The position numbers were made by a program, and so were the translations under genes. Positions 26,319 through 40,200 of a stretch of DNA of 64,000 nt are shown here, piece after piece. A model generated the notes under the pieces. It saw only the letters and a program-made list of their open reading frames with translations, made no database searches and was not told the origin of the DNA. The first letter of the stretch is position 1. Each line of letters starts with the position of its first letter. Origin of the DNA: Macrostomum hystrix (taxonomy: Eukaryota; Animalia; Platyhelminthes); the NCBI GenBank assembly GCA_950097015.1, contig CATNEN010000039.1, positions 6,510,001 through 6,574,000 of the forward strand. Direction: 5' to 3'.

Positions 26319-28223
26319 ACTCATTAAAACGCTATGTACTCTACTTCTTAGTAGCAAAATGCTATTTCAAATAAAAATTACAATAATTGCTTCAAAGCAG
26401 ACTTTTATAATTACTGTCTGTCTGTGGAACAATGAATTCGAAATTAAACTTAGACATTGCGTCAGTGTTTATTGCACACGCAATTGAAATCTTACTAATG
26501 ACTACAGTCTCTCGTGCTCACCTAAAGCTCTCAAACTCCCACGCAGTCACGCAGCCTAAGCCGAGTTATATAGAGGCCACTCTCGAGTGCTCAAAGCTGA
26601 GAGCGGAAATACAGCAAGCTGCACAATGGGAACCAGTTGCATGGGAAACTTTTCAGCACCTTGGGGGCTGCATCGGAAAGTAAATGCAGTATTATAAGAT
26701 GCGGGAATTAAAAGCCGCAGCCTTAGACCTGCTGGTTATCGCATACGCAACTCAATTACATGCATTTGTACATCTGACGCCCACGCACCGCAGTGGCTGC
26801 CATGCAATTTGCCACTCGACAATGCGAATAGCGAGTCTCTTAATGCTTTGTGCGCGGAAAAAAGAAATAAATAAGATTGCAGGGCTGCTGCTTCAGTAAT
26901 TCAGCTCCGAGGAGAGGAGAGGAGACAAAAGTTTACAAGCGCCTTCGCTGATGAACTCATATAAATAGCTTTATTTGTTATATCTGCGTCTATATATTAG
27001 TCTATTCTTGCGCTAGCCGTTGCCGCTGCTGCTGCGTGAGGGCAAAACTGGTGCAATTTGAGATGTTAAATAGCGTTTGAGTTGTTGTTTCAAGCTATAA
27101 ACTACACTAGGTCGCTTTGAATTCAAAGTTTCTTTTTTTGTTTTAATTCTACACTCTAAAGTGTCGCGGCCGCCCATCCTATATATGAGCTGCACCAGCG
27201 TCATGCTCGACTTAGTGTATGTCATGCCCATGCACTAATTCGAGTGCTTTTATTGCCTTGGCTCGGTTTATTAGTAGCGCCGAGGGTGTGTACATACATA
27301 CATACATACGACTGACGGTTCTGCCCCTGCGTCAGCACACACGAAGAGCTCTGCGAGACGCAGCGGCTAAAAGTACACAGCCACACAGCCTGAGTGTGAG
27401 AAAGGAATGCAGCTGAGCAGATGCTGGAGAAGCTAGCGCAGAGTACACCCACCCCACTCCCTGCCCCTTCCGAGCGGTTTCCGGTTCACATTGGGTCGGT
27501 GCTGCGCTTTCTCTTCTTGAGTCTACTCAGCCGCTTGCGCATAGAAATCTCACATTTCTCAGCTTCACTCAGTCCGAGTGCCCTTCCCTCTCCGCCTCTC
27601 CGTCTCCAGTGGCCTCGTTAAATATCAAGTGTTCGGAGGTGGCGCGAAAGAGACTCATCAAAACAGGGAGCCGGGCTTCATTGCAGACTGCGAACTCGGA
27701 GCCAATCAGAAGTTAAGCAGTCTACTCAGCTCTTGTCTGCTCCGGACTGTACAGGCCCAGGCCTATGGGCTCACCGCCCACACACACGCACGCACACACA
27801 CATACACGCGGACACGAATATATTCTAGGAAAAGTTTTCTAGCACAGCCATAGGCTTGGGCCTTGCTCGCCGTTTGAGTTAAATATCCAGACTAAGCGCG
27901 TGGCCCACGACAGTAAGCGAGGCTTGCCTGACCTGTGCGGGCTAGAAAGGAACAGTACAAGGAGAGGCCAGTCTAGCCGCAGTCATCCAAATAATAGTCT
28001 CAAATCGAAAAAAGGCGCCCCCAGCCCCAGCCTCCCCTCGCACACAATCCGACGCCCCCGCGGCTCGACCACCCCAAAAAGGAGACAGGCCGCCTCCTCC
28101 TGCCTACGAGCGCTGCGGCTAAGAAAAGCGTCTGAAGGAAATTTACCTGACACTTTTTTCTGCGCTTCATTACCAGCGCCCAGCTTGAAGTTCCCCATTT
28201 CACTGAAGTTTCGATTCGCTGCA

Positions 28224-31200
28224 ATGACGCGACTTTGGCAGCTGATCCTGCTGCTCATTGTGGCAGCCGAGGCACGCAGAGGCGCCGGCGGAGGCGGAGG
28301 TAGTCGCTGGAAGCCGATTCAGCCGCTGGACGGTCAGCAGGAATGCGGCAGCGAGTTCCACGACTCGCAGTCCAAGTGGCTGCAGTCAGAACTGGTGCTG
28401 CAGGCCAACTGGCGCCCGGCTGACGAGCATCGGGTTGACGATCGAGGTGCCTTCAACATCACCGTGACGGTGACCGCCATGCTGAAGCCTTGGCGCAGCG
28501 ACCTCACCAGGAAGCGCATCACCATCGGTCAGTTCAACCGCAGCCTGGGCAGGCGCCAGCGCAGCCTTCAACGACAGCTGTGCGCGTCACGGAACCTGCC
28601 GCGTCACGGCTCTCGGGGCTACATCTTCTTCCTGTTGCCGACTGCCGATAAGAACTACTTCCGGCACAGATTTCTGCCCATCAAGAACACCCGGTCCAAC
28701 AGGGGCAAGGTGGACCGCATCCAGTGCCGACCGGAGCATCAGTGCCGTGAGTGTGTCTACCCATCCAGTGTCTACCCATCCAGTGTCTACCCATCCAGTG
28801 TCTACCCATCCAGTGTCTACCCATCCAGTGTCTACCCATCCAGTGTCTACCCATCCAGTGTCTACCCATCCAGTGTCTACCCATCCAGTGTCTACCCATC
28901 CAGTGTCTACCCATCCAGTGTCTACCCATCCAGTGTCTACCCATCCAGTGTCTACCCATCCAGTGTCTACCCATCCAGTGTCTACCCATCCAGTGTCTAC
29001 CCATCCAGTGTCTACCCATCCAGTGTCTACCCATCCAGTGTCTACCCATCCAGTGTCTACCCATCCAGTGTCTACCCATCCATTGTCTACCCATCCAGTG
29101 TCTACCCATCCAGTGTCTACCCATCCATTGTCTACCCATCCAGTGTCTACCCATCCAGTTTCTACCCATCCAGTGTCTACCCATCCAGTGTCTACCCATC
29201 CAGTGTCTACCAATGCTGAGGAGTATTTCTCCTGTACTCAGGCCAAGTCTGAGGTCGCCTGCCTGCCCTGGCAGAAATTGAAGACTTTGGTTACCCCTGG
29301 CCAGGTCTTTCATTGACTGCTGCGGGCTTAGAGGAAGGTTTTTAAGGATGAACTGCAGATCCACAGCTAGTTCTCGTTAGTTCAAATAAGTCTCGCATGC
29401 TTTCTCACCCGGAGTGTCTAGATGGACTAAAATATCCCTTTTCCCATTGGCGAAGGTAAGATAGCGAGGCTGGTTTTGCCCCGCTGTCTTTGGCAAGCCT
29501 GGGAGAATTTTTGGTAGCTTTTATGGCCACATATTTCCCACACTGCCAAGCTTAACATTCTCCACTTTCGTCGACTTTGGGATCTTTAGCTCCGCACGCG
29601 ATCTCCATTTTTCCTCAGCTTTCCAGTGGGAAGTATTTCCCACATCCGCGTGCGATTCAATACAAGTTTAGCCAAGTTGGCGGGATGAAAGTGTTAGGAG
29701 AGTGCCTTCTTCTTTTGTGGAAGGAGGAGCGGTTCAGACTCTCTCGCCTAAAGATGAGAAGCGAATGTGAGCAGTCCCAGATGAGTGCTCGGGGGATTGT
29801 GGACTTGGGTAAAGAAGCATTTTTGCAGCAGCAGCAGCAGCAGCAGTGGCAGCGGATGCGCCAAACGCAGAAATTGATTTCTGCCGGAGATTTATGCCAA
29901 TTGGCCTTGGGAATAAAAACTGGCGAGAGACTATGCGGGGGCGCGCGAGTGGAGGATGGAGATGGGAGAGCCCTATAGATAGAATGTGAGACAGGCCTCC
30001 AGGGGCCCTCCGGACGCCGCGCAACCGTTCCCAGCATCGAGAAGCACTCTATGGGGGGTCTTAATTTTAAAGTGGTCGGCCAGCAGCTCGTGCTGGATTT
30101 CAGCGGAGTGGCAAGCGATGGAGCCTTGCTCGAGTGCTCAGGGAAGGCGGCAGCTGCCGCTCTGTTGCTAGTGCAAACAAGAAAATGTTCTACCCCGGAA
30201 TGTTGCGATTTCTTTCATCTTTTTGTTTAAACACCATCGGCTCAAATTTCCCGACCGAATGAAAAATTCCCCGAATATGGCCAAGCTTTCCCCCGATTTT
30301 TTATCGGCCTTTGAAGTTTCTGAAGGCTCATTAGGCGCAGGTAGCTTGCGAGTGAAATCCATTGCAAGAACAGGAAGTGTGGCCAGATACCCGCTGCTGA
30401 GTATCGGGCCTGATCATATTAGAATCTGAGTAACTCGACCTGCCCTAGCAACAGCTACCGTAGCAAATTAACTGACCTCTGATGCATCCGCCGACCTAGA
30501 AACCTGACACAGCTCCCACAGCAGCCTCTTATAATCCCCTCTGAAAGCCAGTCTTCCTTGCTTTCTCTGTAATCCTAGCTGAGCTCATTGATCCCCAATC
30601 CCTGGCCCATCCTGCGACCAAAGAATTTGATTCCGCCCCAGGCAACTCTGCAAGCAGCCCTGGCCACCTTCAGTTCTCTCCATCTCCTGCTCTCACTTAC
30701 TATTTGAGAAGTTTGCAAGGACTGAGATGAGTTTTTAGAACAGGTGTGCTCACTCTGGACTTAAAATTTACACTCGCGGTAGCAAAAACACCATGACATA
30801 GTGAGAGTGTAACTGCCTGACGATGAAAAAGTCAGGGCAGATGTATTGGAATCGGCAGAAATGCCTCCCTAGAACAAAATTACGTGAAAAAATGGTGTTG
30901 TCCCAGATATTTATCTTAAAGCTAATCGACTCACTCAGTACTCACTCAGCTCTCCCTCTGTCTTATCACATAGGCTTGGGCTCCGCTGTCTGTGGTAAGA
31001 TCTGCGACTAACAATTTATAATTTGACAAGCTCATTTTTTACTACAGGAATGTCATCGAAGCCGATGTCTTTACTGACATCCAGTGTGCCGAAATAGAAT
31101 TAATGAAACGAATCTGCTCGCTTCCCAGACCCCAACAGATGTTTCACGTTCCCGTCTGTATTTTTTACAAGAGAATCCAAATTCATTTTATCTTTATAAA

Positions 31201-34200
31201 ATTTATTCTGATATAATAAATGATACTTCGTACAATTATTTATGAAATTGTTGATTAAACTCACGCAATAATAATTGCAGCTCTAATATTAACGGAAAAA
31301 AGCAAACAAATACACCAAGTGCAAATACTCAAAATCAGGGGCGGATTAGGCAGCGACCCTTTCACAGAGCCCCCTACCAGCGACAATTTCACAGTGCCCC
31401 CTCCCAGCGACCATTTCACAGTGCCCCCTCCCAGCGACCATTTCACAGTGCCCCCTCCCAGCGACCCTTTCACAGTGTCCCCTCGAAGCGACCCTTTCAC
31501 AGTGGCCTCCCAGCGACTCTTTCACAGTGCCCCCTCACAGCGACCCTTTCACAGTGCCCCCTCACAGCGACCCTTTCAAAGTGCCCCCTCCCAGCGACCA
31601 TTTCACAGTGCCCCCTCCCAGCGACCATTTCACAGTGCCCCCTCCCAGCGACCCTTTCACAGTGTCCCCTCGAAGCGACCCTTTCACAGTGGCCTCCCAG
31701 CGACTCTTTCACAGTGCCCCCTCACAGCGACCCTTTCACAGTGCCCCCTCACAGCGACCCTTTCACAGTGCCCCCTCCCAGCGACCCTTTCACAGTGCCC
31801 CCTCCCAGCGACCATTTCACAGTGCCCCCTCCCAGCGACCATTTCACAGTGCCCCCTCACAGCGACCATTTCACAGTGCCCCCTCCCAGCGACCATTTCA
31901 CAGTGCCCCCTCACAGCGACCATTTCACAGTGCCCCCTCCCAGCGACCATTTCACAGTGCCCCCTCACAGCGACCATTTCACAGTGCCCCTCACAGCGAC
32001 CCTTTCACAGTCCCCCTCACAGCGACCCTTTCACAGTCCCCCTCACAGCGACCCTTTCACAGTGCCCCCTCACAGCGACCCTTTCACAGTGCCCCCTCCA
32101 AGCGACCCTTTCACAGTGCCCCCTCACAGCGACCCTTTCACAGTGGCCTCCCAGCGACCCTTTCACAGTGTCCCCTCCCAGCGACCCTTTCACAGTGTCC
32201 CCTCCCAGCGACCCTTTCACAGTGCCCCCTCCCAGCGACCATTTCACAGTGCCCCCTCACAGCGACCATTTCACAGTGCCCCTCACAGCGACCCTTTCAC
32301 AGTCCCCCTCACAGCGACCCTTTCACAGTCCCCCTCCCAGCGACTCTTTCACAGTGCCCCCTCACAGCGACCCTTTCACAGTGCCCCCTCACAGCGACCC
32401 TTTCAAAGTGCCCCCTCCCAGCGACCATTTCACAGTGCCCCCTCCCAGCGACCATTTCACAGTGCCCCCTCCCAGCGACCCTTTCACAGTGTCCCCTCGA
32501 AGCGACCCTTTCACAGTGGCCTCCCAGCGACTCTTTCACAGTGCCCCCTCACAGCGACCCTTTCACAGTGCCCCCTCACAGCGACCCTTTCACAGTGCCC
32601 CCTCCCAGCGACCCTTTCACAGTGCCCCCTCACAGCGACCCTTTCACAGTGTCCCCTCCCAACGACCCTTTCACAGTGGCCTCCCAGCGACCCTTTCACA
32701 GTGCCCCCTCCCAGCGACCCATTCACAGTGCCCCCTCCCAGCGACCCTTTCACAGTGCCCCCTCACAGCGACCTTTTCACAGTGCCCCCTCCCAGCGACC
32801 CATTCACAGTGCCCCCTCCCAGCGACCCTTTCACAGTGCCCCCTCACAGCGACCTTTTCACAGCGCCCCCTCACAGCGACCCTTTCACAGTGCCCCTCAC
32901 AGCGACCATTTCACAGTGCCCCTCACAGCGACCCTTTCACAGTCCCCCTCACAGCGACCCTTTCACAGTCCCCCTCACAGCGACCCTTTCACAGTGCCCC
33001 CTCACAGCGACCCTTTCACAGTGCCCCCTCCAAGCGACCCTTTCACAGTGCCCCCTCACAGCGACCCTTTCACAGTGGCCTCCCAGCGACCCTTTCACAG
33101 TGTCCCCTCCCAGCGACCCTTTCACAGTGTCCCCTCCCAGCGACCCTTTCACAGTGCCCCCTCCCAGTGACCCTTTCACAGTGCCCTCTCCCAGCGACCC
33201 TTTCACAGTGGCCTCCCAGCGACCCTTTCACAGTGCCCCCTCCCAGTGACCCTTTCACAGTGCCCCCTCCCAGCGACCCTTTCACAGTGCCCCCTCCCAG
33301 CGACCCTTTCACAGTGCCCCCTCCCAGCGACCATTTCACAGTGCCCCCTCCCAGCGACCATTTCACAGTGCCCCCTCACAGCGACCATTTCACAGTGCCC
33401 CCTCCCAGCGACCATTTCACAGTGCCCCCTCCCAGCGACCATTTCACAGTGCCCCCTCCCAGCGACCATTTCACAGTGCCCCCTCACAGCGACCATTTCA
33501 CAGTGCCCCTCACAGCGACCCTTTCACAGTCCCCCTCACAGCGACCCTTTCACAGTCCCCCTCACAGCGACCCTTTCACAGTGCCCCCTCACAGCGACCC
33601 TTTCACAGTGCCCCCTCCAAGCGACCCTTTCACAGTGCCCCCTCACAGCGACCCTTTCACAGTGGCCTCCCAGCGACCCTTTCACAGTGTCCCCTCCCAG
33701 CGACCCTTTCACAGTGTCCCCTCCCAGCGACCCTTTCATAGTGTCCCCTCCCAGCGACCCTTTCACAGTGCCCCCTCCCAGTGACCCTTTCACAGTGCCC
33801 TCTCCCAGCGACCCTTTCACAGTGGCCTCCCAGCGACCCTTTCACAGTGCCCCCTCCCAGTGACCCTTTCACAGTGCCCCCTCCCAGCGACCCTTTCACA
33901 GTGCCCCCTCCCAGCGACCCTTTCACAGTGCCCCCTCCCAGCGAAACTTTCACAGTGTCCCCTCCCAGCGACCCTTTCACAGTGTCCCCTCCCAGCGACC
34001 CTTTCATAGTGTCCCCTCCCAGCGACCCTTTCACAGTGCCCCCTCCCAGCGACCCTTTCACAGTGTCCCCTCCAAGCGACCCTTTCACAGTGGCCTCCCA
34101 GCGACCCTTTCACAGTGCCCCCTCCCAGCGACCCTTTCACAGTGCCTCCTCCCAGTGACCCTTTCACAGTGCCCTCTCCCAGCGACCCTTTCACAGTGCC

Positions 34201-37200
34201 CCCTCCCAGCGACCCTTTCACAGTGTCCCCTCCCAACGACCCTTTCACAGTGGCCTCCCAGCGACCCTTTCACAGTGCCCCCTCCCAGCGACCCATTCAC
34301 AGTGCCCCCTTCCAGCGACCCTTTCACAGTGCCCCCTCACAGCGACCTTTTCACAGTGCCCCCTCCCAGCGACCCATTCACAGTGCCCCCTCCCAGCGAC
34401 CCTTTCACAGTGCCCCCTCACAGCGACCTTTTCACAGCGCCCCCTCACAGCGACCCTTTCACAGTGCCCCTCACAGCGACCCTTTCACAGTGCCCCCTCA
34501 CAGCGACCCATTCACAGTGGCCTCCCAGCGACCCTTTCACAGAGCCCCCTCACAGCGACCCTTTCACAGTGCCCCCTCCCAGCGACTCTTTCACAGTGCC
34601 CCCTCCCAGCGACCCTTTCACAGTGCCCCCTCCCAGCGACCCTTTCACAGTGCCCCCTCCCAGCGACCCTTTCACAGTGTCCCCTCCCAGCGACCCTTTC
34701 ACAGTGACCTCCCAGCGACTCTTTCACAGTGCCCCCTCACAGCGACCTTTTCACAGCGCCCCCTCACAGCGACCCTTTCACAGTGGCCTCCCAGCGACCC
34801 TTTCACAGTGCCCCCTCCCAGTGACCCTTTCACAGTGCCCTCTCCCAGCGACCCTTTCACAGTGCCCCCTCCCAGCGACCCTTTCACAGTGCCCCCTCCC
34901 AGCGACCCTTTCACAGTGCCCCCTCACAGCGACCCTTTCACAGTCCCCCTCACAGCGACCCTTTCACAGTGCCCCTCCCAGCGACCCTTTCACAGTGCCC
35001 CTCCCAGCGACCCATTCACAGTGGCCTCCCAGCTACCCTTTCACAGTGCCCCCTCACAGCGACCCTTTCACAGTGCCCCCTCACAGCGACCCTTTCACAG
35101 TGCCCCCTCACAGCGACCCTTTCACAGTCCCCCTCCCAGCGACCCTTTCACAGTGCCCCCTCACAGCGACCCTTTCACAGTCCCCCTCATAGCGACCCTT
35201 TCACAGTCCCCCTCACAGCGACCCTTTCACAGTGCCCCCTCACAGCGACCTTTTCACAGTGCCCCCTCACAGCGGGAGCGCCTCATAAGCTGTTTTTGGT
35301 TGTGGTGCCCACTACCCAAGTTTTTAGCCTTTTCAAAAGAAAAAAACTGGTTCTGCCACTCCTCTAAATGTACTCTGGTGGACTTTATTGTACCTTTCTC
35401 ATAAAATACCACCGCTGCCACCAAAGTTATTGTATGGATCATTAATGTATTATCTAACCAAGCAGTTATCCCATCCCATTTTTATATTTAATATGCACGG
35501 GCGGTCTCTACGGCGGAAAATATTCAAGTCATAATTCAAGTATTAATGCTATCTACTGCTCAACATCTTAGTGCTTTTTCTCCACCTTCAGCGAAACTAA
35601 TAGAAAATTCATTCCTTTATGATCTCCCCCCCACTGGCTCACAGAGAAGGCGCCAGTGCTCACGCAGGAGGTCCAGCTTAAGGGCGGTGGTCAGCGCCGT
35701 CTGGTGTGCGCAGCTCGAGGCCAGCCGCTGCCCCGCGTGCACTGGCTCAGAGACGGCGCCGAGCTGCAGCAGTCGCAGGCCTGCATAGCCCAGTACCGGT
35801 CCAGGTGAGGACTGTCGAATCGCTAAGATCTGCAATATCAGGATCACAAGAACGTGTACCCCACCTCCCACAGATCTGGGGTCGTCACGACCCGCCTGAT
35901 CCTGAAGAACAGCTCAGCCTCGGCTGGCAACTACACCTGCGTTTTCCGCAACCTGTTCGGCTTTGCTGTCAGCAGCCTCGTGCTCAGCGGTGAGCCCTCG
36001 GAGATGGGATACTACGAGTACTAGCTAGATCTATATGATGTGGTCTGAATCCCGATGCGTAAAAATCCCAGCATTGCACCGCAATCACGCTGTAATGCTT
36101 TTTGAGAGTTCTTAAATAAAAAAGAATCAATAATCGGGTGTAGATTCAGTATTGACTAGTGAGCTTCTAGCCCAGTATTTAGAGCGTCGAACTTCGTACT
36201 GTGAGGTCTGGAGTTCGACTCTCAACCAAATTAAGGAAAACAATGGCTGGGGTGCTAGAATTGGCCCTCCAGTCCATGGACTGAACATCTGTAGCACCGT
36301 GCGCAATAGCTGCGGCTGCACCAATTTTCTCTACGTTTTCTTTTTTTCAGATCTTCCTGTCAAGCCGAAGAAGGCGGTAAATTTGTGCGACAACTCCAGC
36401 AAGTGTCTGAACGGTGGCACCTGTACTATCGACTCGCACACCAAAAACCCCGTCTGCATGTGAGTAGAAATTAAAGTATAAAGTCGATTTTACTGAGTGG
36501 AAGAGGATTCACAGAAAGGACGTGAAAGGCTCATGGACTGTTCAGTGAAGGGGCTTGTCGTTTATCTGGCACGGGCCCTGTGACTGAGCAACTTTGAACC
36601 AATGGCACTCTTTCCAGCTGTCCCAGATATTTCACCGGAACTCTGTGCGAAAAGATTGACTTCCAAGGTACATTATTAATGACAGCGGCCGCTTCCCTAA
36701 CACAAAATATGAGCAAAATATGAGCAAAATTGTTCAAACCTTCACCTCCCTAATAACAGTCTTGAAACTAAATTATTTGCCATAGAAATCTAATCAACTA
36801 ACCACAACCAAACTATAGCCAACCAGCTGGTCTATTAGGTCTTACTAAACTCACCTGTTTTGCAGATGCTCACCTGAATCTAATCGCTCAGCCGCTAGCG
36901 ACTGCGTGGAACTGATCCGTCAGTCAAGCTGGGCTTGGATAACCCGCTTTTTTCTGCTTGAGTGCCTTGAATATTATTGCAACAACTGGCGAAGCTTAAG
37001 GCACACCTGAACACCTCTCCTTTCTCACATTCTCGATATGAGCTTGTCGGCACTCTGTGCCTTTATTCTTTACTCTAGCTTGTTACCCACTCATCTTCCT
37101 ACATCTTCCTTCCCTCATCCTTCTTCCCCATCTTTTCCCCCCATCCTTCCTCCGATCCTTCTCCCATCCTTATTCCCCCATCCTTCTTCCCCATCCTTCT

Positions 37201-40200
37201 CTGCAACCCCTTCTCCCATCCTTATTTATTATTCTTCCCACTTCCTTCTTCCCCTTTACTCCATCCTTCTTCCCAACATTCCCCCATGTTTAGTTCCCTA
37301 TTCTTCTTGCCTATATCCTTGTTCAATATCTATTCCCCTATCCTTCTTCCCCATCCTTTTTCCCTATCTTCTTTATCTTCCCGCCCTCATTCTTCTCCCC
37401 ATCCTCCTTTCCCCATGTCCGTCTGTCTCGCTTACTCATTCCTGCCGTCTCTCTAGGCAGATACTATAACAATTAGGCAGGTTGGTGGGTTCTCAGAGAA
37501 GCTCTGCAGTCAAAGCCACCACAGCAAGCTTTGCCGGCCAAAAAAATCTAATTTGCAGCCTACCTATCGACTCGGTCATTAGAGCGTCAAGCAGACAGGC
37601 TGTTGACAGGTGTGGCCCTCGGCACCGCCTGCTCATTGATCGCGGCCCTCATCCTGCTGGCCTGGTACATTGCCAGGTCTGCTTGGATCCCCAGTCGTGA
37701 CACCTCGCGTGTTTTTCCTCAATTATCCTCCTATATTTGTCTTTGCTTGTTGTCCTAATAGATCAAAGCTTTTACTTTTTATTCGCTGTTCGGTGTGCTC
37801 CATTCAGTGTAGATATTTGTCAGCACTTCCCTATGGGATTTTCTATGATAATCTCTATGAGATTCTCTATGATAATCTCTATGGGATTCTCTATGATAAT
37901 CTCTATGGGATTCTCTATGATAATCTCTATGGGATTCTCTATGATAATCTCTATGGGATTCTCTATGATAATCTCTATGGGATTCTCTATGATAATCTCT
38001 ATGGGATTCTCTATGATAATCTCTATGGGATTCTCTATGATAATCTCTATGGGGTTCTCAATGATAATCTCTATGGGATTCTCTATGATAATCTCTATGG
38101 GATTCTCTATGATAATCTCTATGGGATTCTCAATGATAATCTCTATGGGATTCTCTATGATAATCTCTATGGGATTCTCAATGATAATCTCTATGGGATT
38201 CTCTATGAGATTCTTACGAGATTCTCTATGGGATTCTCTATGATAATCTCTATGGGATTCTCTATGATAATCTCTATGGGATTCTCTATGAGATTCTTAC
38301 GAGATTCTCTATGGGATTCTCTATGATAATCTCTATGGGATTCTCTATGATAATCTCTATGGGATTCTCAATGATAATCTCTATGGGGTTCTCAATGATA
38401 ATCTCTATGGGATTCTCTATGATAATCTCTATGGGATTCTCTATGATAATCTCTATGGGATTCTCTATGATAATCTCTATGGGATTCTCTATGATAATCT
38501 CTATGGGATTCTCTATGATAATCTCTATGGGGTTCTCAATGATAATCTCTATGGGATTCTCTATGATAATCTCTATGGGATTCTCTATGATAATCTCTAT
38601 GGGATTCTCTATGATAATCTCTATGGGATTCTCTATGATAATCTCTATGGGATTCTCTATGATAATCTCTATGGGATTCTCTATGATAATCTCTATGGGA
38701 TTCTCAATGATAATCTCTATGGGATTCTCTATGATAATCTCTATGGGATTCTCTATGATAATCTCTATGGGATTCTCTATGATAATCTCTATGGGGTTCT
38801 CAATGATAATCTCTATGGGATTCTCTATGATAATCTCTATGGGATTCTCTATGATAATCTCTATGGGATTCTCTATGATAATCTCTATGGGATTCTCTAT
38901 GATAATCTCTATGGGATTCTCTATGATAATCTCTATGGGATTCTCAATGATAATCTCTATGGGATTCTCAATGATAATCTCTATGGGATTCTCTATGAGA
39001 TTCTTACGAGATTCTCTATGGGATTCTCTATGATAATCTCTATGGGATTCTCTATGATAATCTCTATGGGATTCTCAATGATAATCTCTATGGGGTTCTC
39101 AATGATAATCTCTATGGGATTCTCTATGATAATCTCTATGGGATTCTCTATGATAATCTCTATGGGATTCTCTATGATAATCTCTATGGGATTCTCTATG
39201 ATAATCTCTATGGGATTCTCTATGATAATCTCTATGGGATTCTCAATGATAATCTCTATGGGATTCTCAATGATAATCTCTATGGGATTCTCAATGATAA
39301 TCTCTATGGGATTCTCTATGATAATCTCTATGGGATTCTCAATGATAATCTCTATGGTATTCTCTATGATAATCTCTATGGGATTCTCTATGATAATCTC
39401 TATGGGATTCTCAATGATAATCTCTATGGGGTTCTCAATGATAATCTCTATGGGATTCTCTATGATAATCTCTATGGGATTCTCTATGATAATCTCTATG
39501 GGATTCTCTATGATAATCTCTATGGGATTCTCTATGATAATCTCTATGGGATTCTCTATGATAATCTCTATGGGGTTCTCAATGATAATCTCTATGGGAT
39601 TCTCTATGATAATCTCTATGGGATTCTCTATGATAATCTCTATGGGATTCTCTATGATAATCTCTATGGGATTCTCTATGATAATCTCTATAGGATTCTC
39701 TATGATAATCTCTATGGGATTCTCTATGATAATCTCTATCGGATTCTCAATGATAATCTCTATGGGATTCTCTATGAGATTCTTACGAGATTCTCTATGG
39801 GATTCGCTGTGAGGAGATTTTTAATGAGATCCTACGTGAGACTCTCTAAGATACTATTTTGTAAGATTCTCTATGAGATTCTCAGCGATTGTACAGAAAG
39901 AAATCGAAATCCAACGAAATTGTTAATAGAATTAACAATGCTTCTTCTTTCCAGTTTTTTTAATTTAACTTTGGTTTCGCTGTTGTGTTCGCACTCGCAT
40001 TTAGAAATTTTAGACGCAATTCAATCTGTAAAACTTTCAGAATACTCAGCATTTGAGCAGCAGCAAGGAGCCGCTCCCATTTCCTCCACAGCGCTCGGTG
40101 TTGTGTTCATTGCGGTCTTTGCCGTTCTTGCTGTTGTGTTGTTGTCAGTCTGTCTCCTACTGTACAGAGTGTAAGTCTGGTGGAAGAGAAATTTTAACGA

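Noticed and set aside
27900-28223. N-terminal extension of ORF 27900-29219
   Set aside because: It begins at a GTG, while ATG 28224 directly precedes a clear signal peptide; the upstream part is more likely 5' UTR.
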